A stretch of DNA of 64,000 nt from Gammaproteobacteria bacterium (GTDB lineage Bacteria; Pseudomonadota; Gammaproteobacteria; Eutrophobiales; Eutrophobiaceae), in contig OZ244905.1 of assembly GCA_965221695.1 (NCBI GenBank), forward strand, positions 1,920,001-1,984,000, given 5' to 3'. The notes beneath the pieces were generated by a model. It saw only the letters and a list, made by a program, of their open reading frames with translations, ran no database searches and was not told where the DNA came from. Positions 51,906-63,013 of the stretch are shown in pieces. The position numbers and the translations under genes are program-made. Each line of letters starts with the position of its first letter. Position 1 is the stretch's first letter.

Positions 51906-52928
51906 ATGAAGATTTGCGTGATCATGCTCGCCAGGAAGTTCGGCGGGGCGGAAAGGTTCTACGTCGATTTGACCAACGGACTGGCCCGGCGCGGCCATCA
52001 GGTTCTTGCCCTGTCACACAGTCGTTCCAAGGCGGCGTTGCGCCTCGAGCAGCGCGACAACCTGGATCAGGGAGCGGTCGGAGTTCTGGGTCCGTGGGAC
52101 CTGCTGGCGGCGCGGAAAATCCTGAAACGGGTCCGGGATTTCGCGCCGGAGATTATACAGACGTCGCTGGGACGCGCGGCTCACCTGGCGGGCCCGGCGG
52201 CGCGCCGCCTCAACATCCCGCTGGTTGCCCACACCCATGATTTCGTGGACCTGAAGTATTTCCGCAATGCGACCGTTTTTACGCCTACCACCCAGGCACA
52301 ACGGGATTACCTGGTGAATCACGGCGTTGCCGCCGGAAAGGCCTGCTTAATTCCCAATTTTTCCAATTTCTCCGCTGTAACCAAAGTCCACTGCAAACCG
52401 GAAGTGACAAAAATAGTGGCGCACGGCAGGTTCGTGCACAAAAAAGGCTTCGACCTGCTGCTGCGCAGTTTCAGCCGCGTGGCGAGTGATACTATCCACC
52501 TCTATCTTGCGGGGGACGGCGTCGAGCGGCGCCGGCTCATGGGCATTGCCGCGGAACTCAAGCTGGGTGACAGGGTCCGTTTTGTCGGCTGGCAGGAAGA
52601 CATCCGCAACTTCCTGCTGCAAGGTGACCTGTTCGTACTGCCGTCGAGGTATGAACCATTTGGCATAGCCGTGCTGGAGGCAATGGCCTGCGGGCTGCCT
52701 ATCATCGCAACGAAATGCCATGGCCCGGTGGAAATCCTGGATAATAACAGCGCTTGGCTTTGCAATGCCGATGAAGATGCGTTGACTGATGCACTGAACA
52801 CCGCGCTGAATGATCCGGATGGCCGCCAGCGGCGCGCGCAAAAGGCATGGACATTATTTCGGGAGCGCTATGCCGCCGAGAAAGTGATCCCGCGTTTTGA
52901 AAACCTGTATGAAAGTATCCGCAGATAA
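51906..52928 (+). CDS. GT4-family glycosyltransferase
   Basis: GGAER, GRFVHKKGFD, PSRYEPFGIAVLEAMACGLP. Confidence 0.9.
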   Translation: MKICVIMLARKFGGAERFYVDLTNGLARRGHQVLALSHSRSKAALRLEQRDNLDQGAVGVLGPWDLLAARKILKRVRDFAPEIIQTSLGRAAHLAGPAARRLNIPLVAHTHDFVDLKYFRNATVFTPTTQAQRDYLVNHGVAAGKACLIPNFSNFSAVTKVHCKPEVTKIVAHGRFVHKKGFDLLLRSFSRVASDTIHLYLAGDGVERRRLMGIAAELKLGDRVRFVGWQEDIRNFLLQGDLFVLPSRYEPFGIAVLEAMACGLPIIATKCHGPVEILDNNSAWLCNADEDALTDALNTALNDPDGRQRRAQKAWTLFRERYAAEKVIPRFENLYESIRR

Positions 52929-52960
52929 CGCGGTTCGTTCAGGGATAGGTCGCCTTATCA

Positions 52961-54220
52961 TTAATCTACGCTGACCCGTGGATTATTCTGCGCGGCGAGC
53001 ACACACGCTATCAGCAACCACAAAAAACCGCTCCAGTAGGAACCGTAAAACGCGAGGTGCGTATTTAACGGGAAGCTCGCGGTCAGCAGCGCCGCGGCCC
53101 AAGCGACTTGGGTGGTGGAGCGTCTTCCTCGCCACCAGTATCGCAGTATCACCAGATAAAACAGGATAAACCCGGCCAGTCCTATCACACCGGTCTCGAC
53201 CGCGATCTCCAGGATCACCAGGTGCGGATGGGTCTGCCCATCGTGCCCCTCGCGCATAAAATAGTTGCCTTCATCTGCATAGACATCGTAAGCGTAACGG
53301 AAACCTCTTGGGCCGACCCCGTTCAGCCAATTGTCCTGAAACATGTGCCCGGCAGTATCCCAGATCTCCGTGCGCAAGGAGGTTGCGCGTTCGGCCTGGT
53401 ATTCGCTGTCGAGTATGCCGGTCAGCAATACGATGCGGCGGTTGATGTCCGGACTCTTGAAATACACGGTGACCGTCAGCGCCGCGGCAACGCACAACGC
53501 GCCCGCGATGATATATCTTGCCTTGGATGACAGGGAGATCAAAACCAGGGGCAGGTAGGCGGACAAACTGATGATCAGCATCAGCCATGCGCTCCGCCTG
53601 CCGCTCAGCAGTACCACCACGGTGAACGGGATCAGCAACAACCATGGGTATGGGCTGTCCCGGTTGATCTGCCTGACGGTTTCCAGGGCAATGGGAACCA
53701 GCGCCGCCAGGATAATGCCCAGGCGCAGCTTCGGGTAGAACATGCCGCTCAGCATGCCGTCCTGGTACGGGTATCCGAACAGGTTTGTCCCGGTTGCGTA
53801 TTGCAACAGCGCATCCACGCACCAGAAAACAACCACCAACAGCAGCGCGATGGCGACGCGGGAGAGATTGCCGGGGCGCGCCAGTTCCAGCGTGATAAAG
53901 ATCCCGCAAAACAGGTACAACGGGTATAACGCGGCGATTTTTGCCGATCGTTCCAGGTTCACCGCATCGGCCAGTGAGACAAGTTGGGGCAGCCACAGGC
54001 ACAAGAACAAAACCAGCAATATCCGTAATGTCCTGTCCCGGTAGATGGCCTGCGGTTCCCGCCCGATACGGTAAACCCCCAGCGCCGCCATTATGCCCAG
54101 CGGGGCAAGCGACAAGGTATCGGTGGATAACAGCAACAATGCGGCCGCAACCAGTATCCACGCGTGGTTGTCGGCGACAAACCGGCCGGCGGAGTTGATG
54201 CTGGTAGTTGGATATGCCAT
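52961..54220 (-). CDS. O-antigen ligase family (Wzy_C) membrane protein
   Basis: Multiple TM helices, LSGRRSAW, R.EIW, GVGPRGF, HPH....IAVETG.IG. Confidence 0.85.
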   Translation of the reverse strand: MAYPTTSINSAGRFVADNHAWILVAAALLLLSTDTLSLAPLGIMAALGVYRIGREPQAIYRDRTLRILLVLFLCLWLPQLVSLADAVNLERSAKIAALYPLYLFCGIFITLELARPGNLSRVAIALLLVVVFWCVDALLQYATGTNLFGYPYQDGMLSGMFYPKLRLGIILAALVPIALETVRQINRDSPYPWLLLIPFTVVVLLSGRRSAWLMLIISLSAYLPLVLISLSSKARYIIAGALCVAAALTVTVYFKSPDINRRIVLLTGILDSEYQAERATSLRTEIWDTAGHMFQDNWLNGVGPRGFRYAYDVYADEGNYFMREGHDGQTHPHLVILEIAVETGVIGLAGFILFYLVILRYWWRGRRSTTQVAWAAALLTASFPLNTHLAFYGSYWSGFLWLLIACVLAAQNNPRVSVD

Positions 54221-54269
54221 CTGCTTTATCCCGAATGGTATCTCTCAGCGGGCCAGGTGATCTCTGCGG

Positions 54270-55424
<1,155 letters not shown>

Positions 55425-56465
55425 TCAATCTGTCCCCTGCCGCTGACGGGTTATGAACATCGCGTCACCATAACTGAAAAATCGATACTCAGCCTCTATA
55501 GCATGTTGGTATGCCTGCATAATATTGTCACGGCCCGCAAACGCACACACCAGGAGCAGCAGCGTTGAGCCGGGCAGGTGGAAGTTGGTGATCATCGCAT
55601 CCACGGTGCGAAATTCAAAGCCGGGATAGATAAAAATATCCGTCTCCCCCTGGAATGGCTGCAAGCGGCCGTCCACCGTGGCTGACTCCAGGCACCGGAC
55701 CGCCGTCGTGCCGACAGCGATGACTCGGCGGCCTTCCTGTTTTGCCGCGTTGACCTGGCTACACACTGCCTTGCTTACCTCGAACCACTCGCTGTGCATC
55801 CGGTGTTTCTCGATAACTTCTTCACGAATAGGTTGGAAGGTCCCGGCGCCGACATGCAGCGTAACATGCACACACTGCACACCACTGTTCGCCAGTTCCC
55901 CGATCAGTTCCCGGGTAAAATGCAGTCCGGCCGTCGGCGCCGCCACTGCGCCGGGCTTGCTGGCGTACACGGTCTGGTAACGTTCCTTGTCCAGCGCCTC
56001 GTCGGCGCGCCGGATATAAGGCGGCAATGGAGTGTGACCCTGCTGTTCCAACACCTGCGCCAGGGACTGGTCGCCCGTCAAGGTCAATTCAAACAAGTCA
56101 TCACTGCGGCCGCAGACTTGCAATTCTGTGTCACCATCCAAGATGAGGCGGCTGCCTTTTTTCGGCGTTTTGCTCGCCTGTACGTGAGCCAAACACCTGC
56201 CCCTGTCCAGCATGCGTTCCACCAGGATTTCAACTCGGCCTCCGGTCTCCTTGCGCCCGAACAACCGGGCCGGCACCACCCGGGTATCATTAAATACCAA
56301 TAAATCTCCGGGGTTCACCAGGGAGATCAGGTCGCTGAACTGCCGGTCGGCATATCCACCGGTGACGCCATCGAGCAGCAACAATCGCCCGGAATCCCGC
56401 TTGGTCGCCGGATACTGGGCAATCAGTTCTTCAGGCAGGTCAAAGTCAAAATCCTGGCGTCGCAT
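55425..56465 (-). CDS. queA: S-adenosylmethionine:tRNA ribosyltransferase-isomerase
   Basis: [40 protein letters not shown]. Confidence 0.97.
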   Translation of the reverse strand: MRRQDFDFDLPEELIAQYPATKRDSGRLLLLDGVTGGYADRQFSDLISLVNPGDLLVFNDTRVVPARLFGRKETGGRVEILVERMLDRGRCLAHVQASKTPKKGSRLILDGDTELQVCGRSDDLFELTLTGDQSLAQVLEQQGHTPLPPYIRRADEALDKERYQTVYASKPGAVAAPTAGLHFTRELIGELANSGVQCVHVTLHVGAGTFQPIREEVIEKHRMHSEWFEVSKAVCSQVNAAKQEGRRVIAVGTTAVRCLESATVDGRLQPFQGETDIFIYPGFEFRTVDAMITNFHLPGSTLLLLVCAFAGRDNIMQAYQHAIEAEYRFFSYGDAMFITRQRQGTD

Positions 56466-56531
56466 GGCAGGGGAGTCTAACGTAGAATTACGGTTTCTGT
56501 TATACTCAGCGCCCCATTCGTTGATAACCCA

Positions 56532-56618
56532 GCCGGGGTGGCGGAACTGGTAGACGCGCCGGATTCAAAATCCGGTTCTGGCAACAGAGTGAGAGTTCGA
56601 GTCTCTCTCCCGGCACCA
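56532..56618 (+). tRNA. tRNA-Leu (anticodon CAA)
   Basis: Acceptor GCCGGGG/CCCGGC, anticodon arm CCGGA-TTCAAAA-TCCGG, long variable arm, GTTCGAG T-loop, encoded CCA. Confidence 0.95.
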
Positions 56619-56782
56619 TTCAGCGCTTCAGAATGATGTACTGAAATATCCGTGTTAGCGGCGACGTTGGCGGTTGATATTGTCCTGGCGATGTGCAAGC
56701 CAAGCCATGAATAGGCCCGCGGCGAAGACCAGTCCACCAGCAACCAACAGTGTGGTGTTCATTTGTTTAATTTTGCTAACTG

Positions 56783-56828
56783 ACCGGTGCGGGATAGAGC
56801 ACGCATCATAAACAACTGTGAGGCCCAT
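56783..56828 (-). pseudogene. 5' stub of a PIN-domain toxin
   Basis: TGATG overlap with the upstream gene; MGLTVVYDAC then frameshifted LYPAP, matching the PIN N-terminus YDACVLYPAP. Confidence 0.65.
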
Positions 56829-57280
56829 CAATAGCCGAGATTGTTTTCCTGGGCGATCTTCACCAGTTCATCCATGGCGTCTGAGCTTTGCTGCCTGATT
56901 TCGTTCTTGTACGCCACCACATCCCTGAAACGAAGGCACCGGTGGGTTCCCACTTTCGTATAGCGTAATTCGCCTTTCTCCAGCAGCGTAATCAGGTAGG
57001 GCCTGGACACATTCAGGTAATCGGCCGCCTGTTGTGTCGTCATTTCCGCATGAAGGGGGGCAATGGCAAACGCAGCGCCCTGCGACATGCCAGCCAGCAG
57101 GTCCCTGAGTAGGACAAGCGCTCCGCGCGGCAGGACCACTTCTTGTCCGTCCAGTTTAATACTGGTTTTATCCATATCCGGCAATTTGTTCAATAAGCGC
57201 TCCAGCTCGGACGCGCCAGCACGGGCGAGCCGTACCGTTTCCTGGTCCGGCAGTTGCTCATGCACTCGTTCAATCGTCAA
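56828..57280 (-). CDS. Excisionase-like HTH DNA-binding protein (antitoxin partner of PIN)
   Basis: EMTTQQAADYLNVSRPYL..LLE.G, KVGTHR, C-terminal LGY. Confidence 0.85.
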   Translation of the reverse strand: MTIERVHEQLPDQETVRLARAGASELERLLNKLPDMDKTSIKLDGQEVVLPRGALVLLRDLLAGMSQGAAFAIAPLHAEMTTQQAADYLNVSRPYLITLLEKGELRYTKVGTHRCLRFRDVVAYKNEIRQQSSDAMDELVKIAQENNLGY

Positions 57281-57461
57281 TGTAGTTCTCCAGCGCGGCT
57301 AGTTCAGATGTGAAATTCCGCAGATTAATCTGGCGATTCAGTACTATTAATAGAGTCAATAATCGAAATAAACGCAACAAGGAAACGCTCACCCCGAAAT
57401 TGACAAACCCTTCAAACGTATTACTGTATCAAGTAAGCTTTTTACAACCCAGGAACGACAG

Positions 57462-57578
57462 ATGCGTATTACCAGTAAAGGCCAGGTGACAATACCCCTT
57501 GCCATCAGAGAACAGGCCGGCTTTCTTCCGGAAACGGAAGTGGAGTTTATTATGTCCGGTTCCGTCGGCAGAAAATGA
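57462..57578 (+). pseudogene. Truncated AbrB/MazE-type antitoxin
   Basis: MRITSKGQVTIPLAIREQAGFLPETEVEF then stop after 38 aa; no toxin follows. Confidence 0.75.
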
Positions 57579-57591
57579 CCCGCGTCTTCGA

Positions 57592-59718
57592 TTAAACCCT
57601 GCTTACCTCGCACATCAGTCCTTTCAGGTTGGTTGATCCGGATTCGGGGCCGACGTTGAGGTCGTCGGTGAGGAAATTGATGTTGCATTCCCTGAAGCCG
57701 TAGTCCGGCGCTTTGCGTTCCGGGTACCACCAGGCGAATTCGGCCGCGACTACGCGCGGGTCGACGCCATCAGTGACTTTTGCCTTGTGTTTCACCTTGC
57801 CGCGCGGGCTTTCGATATAAACCCAGTCGCCGTGCTGGATGTTTCTTGCCGCGGCGGTATCCGGGTGGATGGACAACAGCGGGTCCGGGTGTGTTTTGCG
57901 CAATAGCGGGCTTTGCCGGTGTTCGGAGCCGAAATATTCCTGTACGCGTGTGCCTGTCGTCAGTATCAACGGGTATTTTTCCACAAATTCCGCTTCCCTG
58001 ACCGGACTCTCCGGGGGCTCCTGGTGCGCCGGCAGCGGGTCGTAGCCCCAGTCCGCATTCTGCTGTATGTAGAAATCAAGCTTACCGGATTCGGACTTGA
58101 AGCCCTCGGTCTCGTATTTTCGGTACCGGGGCTCGTTGCGCAGGTATTCCATGTTCTTGAATTCTTCCCAGGTGACGCCGGCAGGCTCAAGAATATAATC
58201 CAGGGAATCTTCATAGTTCTCCCAGAACGAATCCTCAAACCCCAGTTTCTTGCCCAGTTCGTTGAGAATCTCGACATCGGCCATAGCCTCGCCCGGCGCA
58301 TCCACGATCTTGGGCCTGGGGAAGATATAGCCATGGGATTTCCAGTAGTCCGCAATATTATCGAACTCGATCCAGGTCTTTGCGGGCAGTACGATGTCCG
58401 CAAGCTCCGTTGTCGGGGTGGGAAAGATATCCGCCACCACCAGGAATTCGACCTTCTTCAGGGACTCATAAACCCGCGAGGTATTCGCCCTGACCACCAG
58501 CGGGTTGCTGCCCATGATGATCATTGCTCTGACCGGGTAGGGTTCGCCGGTCTCAATGGCGTCCCAGATAACATGGGGCGTGATGCGGTTGATCGACGCG
58601 GCAAGGCGATAACGCGTGCCGCCGAGCATTTTGTCGACATTATCGAGGAACTGGTTGCCGCAGAATTCCATGCGCGGCAGCCCGGGCGGGGGGCCGAACA
58701 TGACATTGCCGCCTGGGGCATCCAGGTTGCCGGTCATTGCGGACATGTAGATGAGCACACGATCCGAATTGGCGCAGTTAACACCGTGTTCGATGCCGAC
58801 GCCCCACTGGATGGCGGCGGGTTTGGTCTCTGCAAACATCCGCGCCGCGTCGATGATCTTCTCCTTCGGCACCCAGGAAATCTCTTCGCCAACCTCGGGC
58901 GGGTACTCTTCCAGGCGTTCGCAGAATTTGTCGAACCCGGTCGTGTAGTTCTCGACGAAATGGTGGTCGTACAGATCTTCCTTGACCATTACATGCATCA
59001 TGGCCATGGCCAGCGCAACATCCGTGCCGGGGCGAAGTTGCAACCAGATATCGGCTTTTTCCGCCAGTTGGGTACGCTGCGGGTCAACCACGATATACTT
59101 CGGTTTGCGCTTGAGGCTCAAACCCAGGTTGACGCCGATGTATTCATCGGGATTGGATTTTATCGTGTTGCTGCCCCAGGACATCACGCACTGCGGATTG
59201 CTGTCATAGTCCACGATCGGCACCGACATGCCCAGTTGCTTGGAGACCGCCAACCGGGGCAGGTAACAGACATGGCCGTTCGCCAGCACATTGGGGGAGC
59301 CGAACATGTTTGCAACCCGGTAGACAAAACGATGATGGCTGCGGCCGGTGCCGTGCCCGAAGATGACGGACTCAGGCCCATTCTCCGCCTTGATCGTGTT
59401 GAATTTGTCGGCGATGGTAGTCAGGGCTTCGTCCCAACTGATGCGTTCCCACTTGCCCTCGCCGCGCTCACCGACCCGTTTCATCGGATACAACAGGCGA
59501 TCCCTGTGGTATTGCAAATCGGCGATGAACCCTCTTGCTTTTCTGCATAGGTACCCTTTGCTGATGGGGTGATCCTTGTCGCCCCTGATATTCACGGCTT
59601 TGCCGTTTTCAAGCGTGATGAAGACACCGCAGCCGGCATGGCCGCAGGCGCGGCAATTGGTGTGGACAACTTTTGTCTCGGTTTCAGACTTAACTTCTGG
59701 GGTTACTTGCATGTCCAT
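57592..59718 (-). CDS. Molybdo/tungsto-bis-PGD oxidoreductase, acetylene-hydratase-like clade
   Basis: CRACGHAGC...YLC cluster motif, DRLLYPMKR, ISWDEAL, GHVCYLPR, LADIVLPA, HPDTA; no Tat leader; GAGG upstream of ATG 59718. Confidence 0.85.
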   Translation of the reverse strand: MDMQVTPEVKSETETKVVHTNCRACGHAGCGVFITLENGKAVNIRGDKDHPISKGYLCRKARGFIADLQYHRDRLLYPMKRVGERGEGKWERISWDEALTTIADKFNTIKAENGPESVIFGHGTGRSHHRFVYRVANMFGSPNVLANGHVCYLPRLAVSKQLGMSVPIVDYDSNPQCVMSWGSNTIKSNPDEYIGVNLGLSLKRKPKYIVVDPQRTQLAEKADIWLQLRPGTDVALAMAMMHVMVKEDLYDHHFVENYTTGFDKFCERLEEYPPEVGEEISWVPKEKIIDAARMFAETKPAAIQWGVGIEHGVNCANSDRVLIYMSAMTGNLDAPGGNVMFGPPPGLPRMEFCGNQFLDNVDKMLGGTRYRLAASINRITPHVIWDAIETGEPYPVRAMIIMGSNPLVVRANTSRVYESLKKVEFLVVADIFPTPTTELADIVLPAKTWIEFDNIADYWKSHGYIFPRPKIVDAPGEAMADVEILNELGKKLGFEDSFWENYEDSLDYILEPAGVTWEEFKNMEYLRNEPRYRKYETEGFKSESGKLDFYIQQNADWGYDPLPAHQEPPESPVREAEFVEKYPLILTTGTRVQEYFGSEHRQSPLLRKTHPDPLLSIHPDTAAARNIQHGDWVYIESPRGKVKHKAKVTDGVDPRVVAAEFAWWYPERKAPDYGFRECNINFLTDDLNVGPESGSTNLKGLMCEVSRV

Positions 59719-59824
59719 AACAGCCTCGATAATGTTCTGTTCTGTCAGGTTTTTCCGGCGCTTGTCTTTTCCGCAATTGCGGGATTCCTTACTAATAATA
59801 CTCCAAATAATGAATAATTGCTTA

Positions 59825-59914
59825 CTGGATTCCCGCTTTCGCGGGAATGGGATGGGGGGCGCTCTCGCGGGTATGGGGGGCGCTTGTGCGGGGATGGGGG
59901 GCACTTGCTCGGGA
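59825..59914. repeat. REP/dRS3-like palindrome plus three 21-bp G-rich tandem repeats
   Basis: ATTCCC-GCTTTCGC-GGGAAT (59829-59848); units GG(G/T)ATGGGGGGC(G/A)CT.. at 59849, 59870, 59891. Confidence 0.8.
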
Positions 59915-59935
59915 GTATTAGAGAAGCAACCCGTT

Positions 59936-60646
59936 CTACTTGATGGCCAGGAAGCCTTCAAAACTGACGTATTTCATTACCGTCATCACGTCGGTGAAGC
60001 CGGCACGGTTCAACAGGCCCAGGTTGCCGGCGGTGGAGAAGGGTTTCAACACACCCTTCAGGCTGAGTTCCTTGTTCAGGATCTCATCGGAACTGAAGCC
60101 GTTGCGCTGTTTGAACTCCCGGTACAAGCAGGACATCATGTCCTGGAAGCGCGCATCGGGCGCGCCGACTTTTTCGAACAGGATGAAGGCGCCACCCCAG
60201 TTCAGGGCCTGGTGGATCCTGTCGAACATCGCCTGACGATGCCGTTCCTCCAGGAATTGGATCGTGTAATAGGCGATGATCATGTCGGCTCCCTCAAGTT
60301 CGCCGGTCAGGATATCCTGGTGTTGCAGTTCCACGTTCTCAACACCGGCGCAGGTCTCGCGGGCGCGCTCGATCATCGCCTGCTCCCGGTCCAGACCAAT
60401 CCAGCGCACGCCCGGTTTATGCTTGTTGTGCGCAGCCAGTCGCTGCAGCAGCTCACCGGTTGAACACCCCAGGTCATACACGGTACTGTCCGGCGCCACG
60501 AAAAAATCACTCAGGTAGCAGATGAGTTCGTGCCCGTCCCGGTAGCAGGGAATGGCGCGCTCAGCGTGATCGGAAAACGCTTCCGCAACGCCGTCGCCGA
60601 AGGACCAGGCTGATCGTTCTGCAGTGATGCCGGCGTCGATCTTCAT
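59936..60646 (-). CDS. CmoA-like SAM-dependent methyltransferase
   Basis: WSF...VA..F..H..R.IP.Y, YDLGCSTG, YTIQF, GGAFILFEK. Confidence 0.8.
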   Translation of the reverse strand: MKIDAGITAERSAWSFGDGVAEAFSDHAERAIPCYRDGHELICYLSDFFVAPDSTVYDLGCSTGELLQRLAAHNKHKPGVRWIGLDREQAMIERARETCAGVENVELQHQDILTGELEGADMIIAYYTIQFLEERHRQAMFDRIHQALNWGGAFILFEKVGAPDARFQDMMSCLYREFKQRNGFSSDEILNKELSLKGVLKPFSTAGNLGLLNRAGFTDVMTVMKYVSFEGFLAIK

Positions 60647-61413
60647 TTGGGGCTGTGGTTAAACACCACGCCCTTGAGGCGTATGATCGCGTCCGCCAGA
60701 TCATCAGCGGCGGCGTTCATCCTGGCCGCGTCCGTACTGCGCAGCACCAGGTTCAATCCCAGTTTTCCTTTTCTGAAGTAGGGATAGCTCCCCATGCCGA
60801 CATCGGGGTATTTTTCCTGCAACGCGCCCAGGTCGTCGGCCACCTCGCTTTCGGGAAGATTGGTGGTGACGTTGGCCGTGAGTATCGGGTCGCCCCCCAC
60901 AAGCCTGTCGGTCAGACCGTCGAACATGGCTTCCATAATGGACGGCACACCAGGCAAAACAAACACATTCTCGAGCTGGAAACCGGGCGCGCCGCTTACC
61001 GGGTTATCAATCAAGCGGGCGCCTGCCGGTATATCCGCCATTTTGAGCCTGGCATCGGTCAGGCGTCCCGGCTCGTAATACCGGTCCAGCGCGTTCACGG
61101 CCTCCTCGTTACGCAACAGATCAACAGCGAATGCGTTGGCAAGAGCGGACGCGGTGATATCGTCATGGGTGGGCCCGATGCCGCCGGTCGTGAACACATA
61201 GGTAAACATCTCGCGACAGGTGTTGACGGTTTCGACGATATCCGCTTCCACATCCGCAATAATCCGCGCCTCGGTCAAGCGGATACCCAGGGCATCGCAT
61301 TTTTTGCCGATTATCTCCAGGTTCGCATCTCGGGTCCGGCCGGACAGGATTTCATTGCCGATAATGATCAGGCAGGCGGTAATCCGATCTGGTTTTTCCA
61401 CCACTGAAGTCAT
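60643..61413 (-). CDS. CinA-like molybdopterin-binding-domain protein
   Basis: IIGNEILSGRT.D.N, TTGGIGPTHDDIT, LPGVP, GSYP. Confidence 0.9.
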   Translation of the reverse strand: MTSVVEKPDRITACLIIIGNEILSGRTRDANLEIIGKKCDALGIRLTEARIIADVEADIVETVNTCREMFTYVFTTGGIGPTHDDITASALANAFAVDLLRNEEAVNALDRYYEPGRLTDARLKMADIPAGARLIDNPVSGAPGFQLENVFVLPGVPSIMEAMFDGLTDRLVGGDPILTANVTTNLPESEVADDLGALQEKYPDVGMGSYPYFRKGKLGLNLVLRSTDAARMNAAADDLADAIIRLKGVVFNHSPK

Positions 61414-61515
61414 CGGACCAGCTTATCAGATAATTACCGCAGACGAGAAAAAATAGAGCGCCTTAACCGGCTACGCCGGCATTCCCGCTTGTGTGCTAGT
61501 ACTCTTTCAACTTAA

Positions 61516-61668
61516 GGAACCTCTGATTAAGTCTCAGAGGTTCCTACGATACAAGGATGTATCGTCAATATCAATGACTGTAAGGCATTGATATTGTGAG
61601 GAAAACAAAAATCGCATTTTTGTTTTCCGTACTCTGACAAGTCCAGGATGGACTTGTTCAGAGTTTCC
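61516..61668. mobile_element. IS5-derived MITE (153 bp)
   Basis: Imperfect terminal IRs GGAACCTCTGATTAAGTC / GACTTGTTCAGAGTTTCC, TTAA on both sides, no coding capacity. Confidence 0.7.
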
Positions 61669-61756
61669 TTAATTTTGACATATTCAGCGGGTCGGGAAGC
61701 GGTTGAGCGCAATGCGCGGCGCGCAGCGGTTGAAAGAGTACTGTCCGGTTATACCT

Positions 61757-62845
61757 TCAAAATGCGTATTGCCACCCGGCGGTTACAGTCCAGTCGGTTT
61801 CCATCTGAGGGCCGTTCAGGTCGCGCCGCAACGGTAGACTCAGTTCTACTGCCAGGCGCTGGCCCGTCAGGACTCCGGACTGCCCCATTAGATTGACGCC
61901 GATATTCAGGTCCAGTTCTTTTCCGCCGTAGTGGTCAGGGTTGGCAGTCTGTACCGGTCCGGCAATGCCTGGATCAATGCCGCTTATTGTTCCCAGCGTC
62001 TCGTATTGTAAGCGCGCTGATGTGCTGATGGATGGCTGCCACTGGTAATTCAGCCAGGCGCTCAGGGTATGCTTATCGCCCAATGAGTAACCATTGTCCT
62101 TGCCCAACCTGAACGCGCCCAGATACTGGCTGCCCCAGTACCAATTGCCGGCATGGCCGTTATAGGTAATGCCGGGCAAAAGGTCATATGTGCCGGAACC
62201 CAGTTGCATGGCATACGGCGCTCGAACCGTGGGGCGCGCGCCCATCGGGGTGAGTATCTCGTGGGTCTTTGTAGTGGAGCCGGTGGGAAAACTTATTCCG
62301 GCATTCAAGTGCAAACGATGCGTGCGGTCGTCATACAAACTGATCAAGCCGGACAAGCGGGTATCGCCGATACCGTCGGTCTTTACCCTGAAGTTGCCGC
62401 GCGCGGTTGTTCCGCTTCCCCCCATGTAGGTCGTATGCTCCATATCCTTTTCAATAAACATGCTCATCGCCATCAGGGTCAGCCAATCCGTCGGCGCGTA
62501 CATGGCGCCGAACATATGCATGTCCATGCGCATTCGGGTGGGCGCGATGCGCAAGGTGGGGGGTTGCATCGGACGGCCAAAAAATCGGTTAGGGACAGTG
62601 GTCACGATAGTGTCCGCGTCGATGCTGTCCGTGCCCGCGCGGCTGCCCTGCATTGCCATGTGCATGAACCGATAGCTCAACATGAATTCACCCTTCTGGT
62701 GCATATGGTCGCCCATCATGCCAATAGGAGCATGGTCCGCAGCATTGTTGATGGAGGAGCCGGGCGCGTCCGCGTGCGCTGGTATAATGGAACAGGTCGC
62801 TATCAATAGCGTCAGGGCAATACTTGTATGTGATACGGGTTTCAT
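61757..62845 (-). CDS. Outer-membrane beta-barrel 'transporter' family protein with His/Met-rich N-terminus
   Basis: Signal peptide, DHAPIGMMGDHMH, PY.MQLGSGT.D, C-terminal WQYAF. Confidence 0.75.
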   Translation of the reverse strand: MKPVSHTSIALTLLIATCSIIPAHADAPGSSINNAADHAPIGMMGDHMHQKGEFMLSYRFMHMAMQGSRAGTDSIDADTIVTTVPNRFFGRPMQPPTLRIAPTRMRMDMHMFGAMYAPTDWLTLMAMSMFIEKDMEHTTYMGGSGTTARGNFRVKTDGIGDTRLSGLISLYDDRTHRLHLNAGISFPTGSTTKTHEILTPMGARPTVRAPYAMQLGSGTYDLLPGITYNGHAGNWYWGSQYLGAFRLGKDNGYSLGDKHTLSAWLNYQWQPSISTSARLQYETLGTISGIDPGIAGPVQTANPDHYGGKELDLNIGVNLMGQSGVLTGQRLAVELSLPLRRDLNGPQMETDWTVTAGWQYAF

Positions 62846-63013
62846 GATCCTCTGCGTTAACTGAGACTTGTGATTGATTCTAATCATTGTCAGCCGGAAC
62901 GGGAATGCGACAAATTGTCGCAGGACAGAAACAGGGTAGCGGGGACAAGCTGAGCGGAAATAAGGTAGTATTCAGGAAGCTCTGACATAATCTGCGTCTC
63001 CTTTATTGTTCCC

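Noticed and set aside
57913-59550. 545-aa plus-strand ORF
   Set aside because: Antisense shadow of the molybdoenzyme gene.
59719-59961. N-terminal extension of the molybdoenzyme with PPIPA repeats
   Set aside because: It is a translation of the REP-like repeat; an RBS supports ATG 59718.
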